Position numbers and translations under genes: made by a program
Shown: in pieces, positions 59,448 through 64,000 of the stretch
Layout of the letters: each line of letters begins with the position of its first letter
Position numbering within the stretch: the stretch's first letter is position 1
NCBI GenBank assembly: GCA_035506295.1
Contig: DATJPR010000205.1
Coordinates: 5,053 to 69,052, forward strand
From: Bacteroidota bacterium
GTDB lineage: Bacteria; Bacteroidota; Ignavibacteria; UBA10030; UBA6906
Reading direction: 5' to 3'
Length of the DNA: 64,000 nucleotides
Notes under the pieces: model-generated
Told to the model about the DNA's origin: nothing
The model's database searches: none
Seen by the model: only the letters and a program-made list of their open reading frames with translations

Positions 59448-59615
59448 ATGAACTGGCAATCCGTCGCATCCATCAGCATCGTCGCAGTGACGGCTGTTCT
59501 CATGGTCCGGGGAGCGTTCCGGAGGCGCACGCACAAGGCCTCGTGCTGTGACGTCTGCGTCCAATCGCGGCGGGCGGGCTTCACGTCGCCGCTCCACCGC
59601 GGACCGGGCGCGTGA
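59448..59615 (+). CDS. FeoB-associated Cys-rich small membrane protein
   Basis: 55 aa. One TM (SVASISIVAVTAVLMV) followed by 'CCDVC'. Starts 2 nt after the feoB stop. Confidence 0.5.
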   Translation: MNWQSVASISIVAVTAVLMVRGAFRRRTHKASCCDVCVQSRRAGFTSPLHRGPGA

Positions 59616-59679
59616 TGAGCCGAGGGGACGATCTCTCGCTGTAGGCACTGACTCAACAACGATGAAGTCTGGAGATCCT

Positions 59680-60000
59680 ATGGAAAGTCAAAGCGCAACC
59701 ACGGTCACGGAAGAGCAGGTGTACGCGGCGTTGCGAAACTGCTATGACCCGGAAATCCCCGTCAACGTCGTCGAGCTGGGGTTGATCTATGAAGTGAAAA
59801 TCATCGACGATTGGGTGGGAGTGAAAATGACGCTGACCGCACCCGGCTGCGGAATGAGCGGCATGATCTCACGAAGCATCCGGGACCAACTTCTCTCTCT
59901 TCCCGGGGTTAAAGACGCCGATGTGAGGATTGTGTGGGACCCGGTGTGGACTCCGGCAATGATGTCGGAGGAGGCCAGAAAGCGGCTCGGGATCGCATGA
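59680..60000 (+). CDS. DUF59 / MIP18-family Fe-S cluster assembly protein (SufT-like)
   Basis: GGAG SD 6 nt upstream. 'LRNCYDPEIPVNVVELGLIYEV...TLTAPGCGMSGMI' matches the DUF59 core. Confidence 0.75.
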   Translation: MESQSATTVTEEQVYAALRNCYDPEIPVNVVELGLIYEVKIIDDWVGVKMTLTAPGCGMSGMISRSIRDQLLSLPGVKDADVRIVWDPVWTPAMMSEEARKRLGIA

Positions 60001-60007
60001 CGGCGGA

Positions 60008-61105
60008 TCACACGTTGAACCGCACCAGGATGACGTCGCCGTCCTGTACAAGATAGTCTCTCCCCTCGACGCGCAGCGTCCCGGTCTCGCGAAGGTGATG
60101 CTCCCCGCCGACGCGAAGGAGATCATCACTCTTCATCACTTCCGCACAGATAAATCCACGTTCGAAATCGGAGTGGATTTTCCCGGCTGCCGTAAGGACG
60201 CTCGTCCCCCGTTTCACCGTCCACGCGTGGACCTCTTTCGTTCCCACCGTAAAGAACGTTACAAGATCGAGCAGCGCATACCCCGACCGAACCACCCGAT
60301 CCAAACCGGAGTCGCTCAGTCCCAGGGCGTCAACGAATTCTTTCCGATCGGCGGGTGACAGCCCGACGATCTCCGCTTCAATCGCGGCGCTGACGAGCAC
60401 AAGGGGTGCGCTCTCCTTCCCGGCATGCGCACGAACGCTTTCGACGTACGCATTACCTCTGCCGACATCACTCTCCGGCACATTGCATACATACATCACG
60501 GGTTTGTCGGTCAGCAGATGCAGTTCCCTCCGCCACTGGACTTCTTCGTTGTTGGCGGGAATGGCATAACGCGCAAGCCGTCCCCCGCCGAGATGGTGTT
60601 TGAGTCGTTCCCAGCACTCCGCCTCGAGCCGCGCCTTTTTGTCTCCGCTCCGGGCATGGCGAATGATCTCGCTCAACCGTCGTTCCACCGCATCGAGGTC
60701 TTTGAGCAGTAACTCAGTTTCGACGATCTCGATATCGCGTGTGGGATTCACATCGCCATCGACGTGGATAACGGCGGGGTCGTCGAAGCAACGGACGACG
60801 TGGGCGATCGCGTCGACTTCTCGAATATGCGAGAGGAATGTATTGCCGAGCCCTTCCCCTTTGTTCGCCCCGCGCACAAGCCCCGCAATATCGATGAACT
60901 CCAGCGTGGTCGGAACCACCTTTTCGGGGCGGTAGATGCTGGCGAGTCCATCTAGCCGGGGATCAGGCAGGGGCACAATCCCGAGATTCGGTTCGATCGT
61001 GCAGAACGGATAGTTCGAACATTCTGCATGACCTGCAGTGAGGGCATTGAAGAGCGTGGACTTGCCCACATTCGGCAGGCCGACAATGCCGCAGAGGAAT
61101 CCCAT
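60008..61105 (-). CDS. ychF: Redox-regulated ribosome-binding ATPase YchF (Obg-family P-loop)
   Basis: 'GIVGLPNVGKSTLFNALT' G1 motif, TGS domain and the 'VRCFDD' motif. 365 aa. Confidence 0.9.
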   Translation of the reverse strand: MGFLCGIVGLPNVGKSTLFNALTAGHAECSNYPFCTIEPNLGIVPLPDPRLDGLASIYRPEKVVPTTLEFIDIAGLVRGANKGEGLGNTFLSHIREVDAIAHVVRCFDDPAVIHVDGDVNPTRDIEIVETELLLKDLDAVERRLSEIIRHARSGDKKARLEAECWERLKHHLGGGRLARYAIPANNEEVQWRRELHLLTDKPVMYVCNVPESDVGRGNAYVESVRAHAGKESAPLVLVSAAIEAEIVGLSPADRKEFVDALGLSDSGLDRVVRSGYALLDLVTFFTVGTKEVHAWTVKRGTSVLTAAGKIHSDFERGFICAEVMKSDDLLRVGGEHHLRETGTLRVEGRDYLVQDGDVILVRFNV

Positions 61106-61128
61106 AGGGTGGTCCGAACAGAGATCTC

Positions 61129-62547
61129 TTACGAGATCTTCTGACTGAGGAGTTTGAGAACTTCGTTGCGAGGTGCAAAATCAGGGTCGGCGTTCTTCCA
61201 GAAATCCAGGAGCCGCCTGCCTATTTCCCCGGCGAGCCGATGGTCGCCGCTGGCAGCATAGAGACGGACGAGGGTCAGAAGAATATCGGGGGAGTTCGGA
61301 CTGAGAGCGAGGGCTTCTTCGCAGGCGCTGAGGCCGTCGTCAAAGGCATGCTGGCGGAGATTGACCTCGGCCATTTGCCGGTAGATGGCAGCGCGGGCCT
61401 GCGTCGTGGAATAGGCGAAGCCGCTGTCACACATGACCAGGGCGCCGGTCAGGTCGCCGCCGTACATCCTCACCACGGACGCCGACAGATAGTATCCGGC
61501 CATCGACGGAGATGTGAGCAGTCCCCTCCTGCCGAGTTCGCTCTGGATCCGTCGGAGCACGTCGCCGGCCTCTGCCACCCGCCCGCTCCGCGCCAGCGCA
61601 TGGACATAGCCGAAGGCGGCATCGACGTTCAACGTGTCGACGGCGAGCGCGTCACGGAACCGCGCCGCAGCCTCTTCGGGCTTCCCGCGCAAGAGGGCGA
61701 GCCTCCCCTCCACGCTCGACTCCGTTGCTTCGAGCTGACGGTTCCGCGGAAGCATGCCGAACGATGTGTGATACTGCGTCTCAGCCTCGCGAAGCATCCC
61801 CTTGATCGCGTCAATGTTGCCGATCTCGCGCACGGAATACCAGTAGTCGGGTTTGATCAGCAGGGATTGCCGGTATTGCTCAAGCGCTTCATCAAATCTT
61901 CCGGCGCGGACGAGGATATCTGCATAGCTGGCCCGCGGATCCGGCTCCTTCGGGGCAAGCTGGATATAGCGCTGCATCTGGGCGATCGCCTTGTCCCTGT
62001 CGCCGATGTTCGAATACGCATAGCCCAGCGTCATCACCGCGAGTGCATACCCCGTGTCCGCCTGCACGGCCTTTTGATAGCAGCGGATTGCCGCATCGAA
62101 ATTCTTCGCCTGCTCATAGAGATTGCCCCGGAAGAGATAGACTTCCTTCTCATCCGGATAGAGCATCGCGAGGGAGTCGGCCGTGGCGGCTGCGGCGCCT
62201 GCGTTGAAATGCAGACGATAGTACCACATGCGAATGAAGAGCTGTTCCCGCTTCGAAGCGTCTGCAGAGAGCGCCATAGCACGATCCACGCACTCGGTCG
62301 CGCGGCTCAAATCCTCGATCTGCAGGTGCACGAGGCCGAGCCGCAGCCAGGCCATGGCGAAGAGAGAATCGCCTGCGACGGCGCGCTCAAACGAAGACTT
62401 CGCCCCGGTGTAATCAAACTGTTCGGATTGGGTCAGGCCAGCGCGGTAGGCTTCGAGCGCGGGCTGCGACTGCGTGGAGAGGCGGCGGTCATGTTGACAT
62501 CCCCCTGCGATCAGGAGGAGAAGCAGGAAGGGGAACGCACGCTTCAT
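61129..62547 (-). CDS. TPR-repeat lipoprotein
   Basis: Signal peptide and lipobox (LIAGGCQH). At least 8 TPR-like repeats. Confidence 0.7.
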   Translation of the reverse strand: MKRAFPFLLLLLIAGGCQHDRRLSTQSQPALEAYRAGLTQSEQFDYTGAKSSFERAVAGDSLFAMAWLRLGLVHLQIEDLSRATECVDRAMALSADASKREQLFIRMWYYRLHFNAGAAAATADSLAMLYPDEKEVYLFRGNLYEQAKNFDAAIRCYQKAVQADTGYALAVMTLGYAYSNIGDRDKAIAQMQRYIQLAPKEPDPRASYADILVRAGRFDEALEQYRQSLLIKPDYWYSVREIGNIDAIKGMLREAETQYHTSFGMLPRNRQLEATESSVEGRLALLRGKPEEAAARFRDALAVDTLNVDAAFGYVHALARSGRVAEAGDVLRRIQSELGRRGLLTSPSMAGYYLSASVVRMYGGDLTGALVMCDSGFAYSTTQARAAIYRQMAEVNLRQHAFDDGLSACEEALALSPNSPDILLTLVRLYAASGDHRLAGEIGRRLLDFWKNADPDFAPRNEVLKLLSQKIS

Positions 62548-62558
62548 AGGAGGTCGGT

Positions 62559-62858
62559 TCAGAGAGAACCGTCGTTCTGATCCTTCTCAACTGAGGGGGA
62601 GCCGGCCATGATGCGAAGGGAGCGGATCAGGCCTTCGATCCGATCGATGTTTTTCCCCATCATCGCGTAATATTCTCCCCGTTTGCTCTCCTCCGGCTTG
62701 GCAGTCTCCAGGTAGTACACCGCCATCCGGAGGGTTCCCAGTGGATTGCTCATATCGTGAGCGAGCTGCCGGATGCTGATCTTCATCTCCTGCATCTCTT
62801 TTGCGGCGTCAGCACCGGCCCCGTTCGTTTCCGCGATAGGAGCAGTTTCCTTTTCCAT
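62559..62858 (-). CDS. Standalone HisKA-like (DHp) domain protein, 99 aa
   Basis: 'ISIRQLAHDMSNPLGTLRMAVYYLE' carries the histidine-kinase H-box (H-D-x-x-N-P-L). No ATPase domain. Gene begins 11 nt after the TPR gene... wait, lies between the hybrid HK (11-nt gap to TPR gene downstream) and the TPR lipoprotein. Confidence 0.5.
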   Translation of the reverse strand: MEKETAPIAETNGAGADAAKEMQEMKISIRQLAHDMSNPLGTLRMAVYYLETAKPEESKRGEYYAMMGKNIDRIEGLIRSLRIMAGSPSVEKDQNDGSL

Positions 62859-62963
62859 GAAACGATCCTTGGAGGGGATAAGTTGCGAACTTCAATGGCA
62901 TAATATACGGGAATTCCCGGGTGCAATCAAAAGGATTCTTTCTCTTCCGCCCGGGGTATGCCT

Positions 62964-64000
62964 TCAGTGCCAGCGCGCGTTTTCGATGTTGCCAATTTCT
63001 CTGAGAAGATCGCGTTTGGTAAAGGACGACTTGCTCATCAGGCCCGTGACATACTCGCTCAACTGTTCCTGCGTATCCTCGTCAAGATCCATCGAAGTCA
63101 GGATGATGATAGGAATCCCGCGGGTGGCCGGGATCTGTTTCAGCTGGTGAGCCACATGGAAACCTGACATCTCGGGCATGATCAGATCGAGGATAATGAG
63201 GTCAGGCCGTTCCCGCGCTGCGAGCTCGACCCCGGCAGTTCCTTCATAGGCTTTCAACACCCGGTACCCTTCGTTCTCCAGGATCACCTGGACCAAATCC
63301 GTCGCCGCCCGGTCGTCATCGATGACCAACACCGTGGGCTTGTGTTCGCTCGATCGACGGATCAAATGGACGCGGTCCAGCGCCTGGACAAGCTCGTCCT
63401 TGTTGACGGGCTTCACGAAATAATCCACGGCGCCGAGGCTGAACCCGAGATTCTTCTCGTCGGCAATCGAAACGATGATTACCGGGATATTCTTGCACAG
63501 CGGATGGCGCTTCAGGTCTTTCAGGACCTGCCAGCCGTCCTTCACCGGGAGCATGAGATCGAGCGTGATCACGCTCGGGCGCAGGCGTTTCGCCATCTCG
63601 ACGGCGTCGACGCCGTTCGGTGCGACCGCCGTGCGATAGCCCGCCGATTCGATATGCATCTTCAGCAGCTCGCTTGCCTGCGGCGAATCTTCCACGATAA
63701 GGGCCAGCGGCTTCTCCCCGAGTTCCTTCGATCGGTGCTGGCGATCGAGCGCTTCGAGCAGCATGCCTGCCTGGCTCGCGCGCTCCGATGCTGTATCGAC
63801 GATAAGCGGGATCCGGAAGGCGATCGAAGTCCCTTTGCCGACTTCGCTCTCGACCCAGATTGAACCTCCGTGCAGCTCCACGAGTTTCTTCGTGATGGCG
63901 AGTCCGAGCCCGATCCCTTCCCGGTTCATCTCCCGTCCGGCGGAAGCCTGGCGGAACGGCTTGAAGAGGTTCGCTTGATCATTCTGCGCGATCCCGATCC
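62964..64000 (-). CDS. Hybrid sensor histidine kinase, C-terminal part (HATPase_c G2 box plus two receiver domains); gene continues past the right edge
   Basis: The in-frame minus-strand translation stays open to position 64000 (...FKPFRQASAGREMNREGIGLGLAITKKLVELHGGSIW...). Two REC domains follow with DxxxD...D...T...K patterns. The track ORF starts at an internal Met (63929). Confidence 0.8.
   Translation of the reverse strand, partial: IGIAQNDQANLFKPFRQASAGREMNREGIGLGLAITKKLVELHGGSIWVESEVGKGTSIAFRIPLIVDTASERASQAGMLLEALDRQHRSKELGEKPLALIVEDSPQASELLKMHIESAGYRTAVAPNGVDAVEMAKRLRPSVITLDLMLPVKDGWQVLKDLKRHPLCKNIPVIIVSIADEKNLGFSLGAVDYFVKPVNKDELVQALDRVHLIRRSSEHKPTVLVIDDDRAATDLVQVILENEGYRVLKAYEGTAGVELAARERPDLIILDLIMPEMSGFHVAHQLKQIPATRGIPIIILTSMDLDEDTQEQLSEYVTGLMSKSSFTKRDLLREIGNIENARWH

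Noticed and set aside
62908-62919. Perfect 12-bp palindrome CGGGAATTCCCG downstream of the hybrid histidine kinase
   Set aside because: It can only form a 4-bp stem and has no U-tract, so it is too weak for a terminator call. It may be a protein-binding site, but there is no supporting context.

Overview
High-GC (~62-65%) bacterial chromosomal segment that is densely coded and has no CRISPR array, transposase or integrase. Several genes carry strong AGGAG-type Shine-Dalgarno motifs. DUF1573, Sel1, histone-H1-like and multi-FtsX features hint at an FCB-group or Ignavibacteria-like lineage, but the phylum cannot be fixed from sequence alone.

Gene content from left to right:
- the partial 5' end of a GlnE-like adenylyltransferase at the left edge
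- an EthD-like protein, a BNR/Asp-box beta-propeller lipoprotein, a DUF1573 protein and an NTF2-like protein
- a tripartite RND efflux operon (MFP, RND permease, TolC)
- an ECF sigma / zf-HC2 anti-sigma / TPR-HEAT / 2xPDZ envelope-stress cluster
- assorted lipoproteins, YbjQ and DUF2911
- an unclassified 570-aa Rossmann protein and a Sel1-repeat protein
- a MacAB-TolC-like operon with four tandem FtsX permeases, three of them near-identical
- a CCA-adding enzyme, Gfo/Idh/MocA and HAD operon
- RlmI and UvrA
- a ~16 kb type-IV-pilus-like cluster
- a tRNA with a CAT anticodon, rpsU and a histone-H1 (HC1)-like gene
- a deoxyhypusine-synthase-like gene
- Fur, FeoA, FeoB and a FeoB-associated Cys-rich peptide
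- DUF59, YchF, a TPR lipoprotein, a standalone HisKA-domain protein and a partial hybrid histidine kinase at the right edge

The most unusual feature is the pilus cluster. It encodes a short secretin, PilO-PilP and PilM-PilN fusions, PilT, PilC and two PilB paralogs, one of them next to a standalone receiver. Its five pilin-like genes all begin with a verified ATG 'MG' start followed by a hydrophobic helix. They lack a canonical prepilin leader (no G-F-T-L-I-E, no Glu5), and no prepilin peptidase is present in the window.

Many long ORFs in the track that run antisense to real genes are GC-skew shadow ORFs and are not reported.
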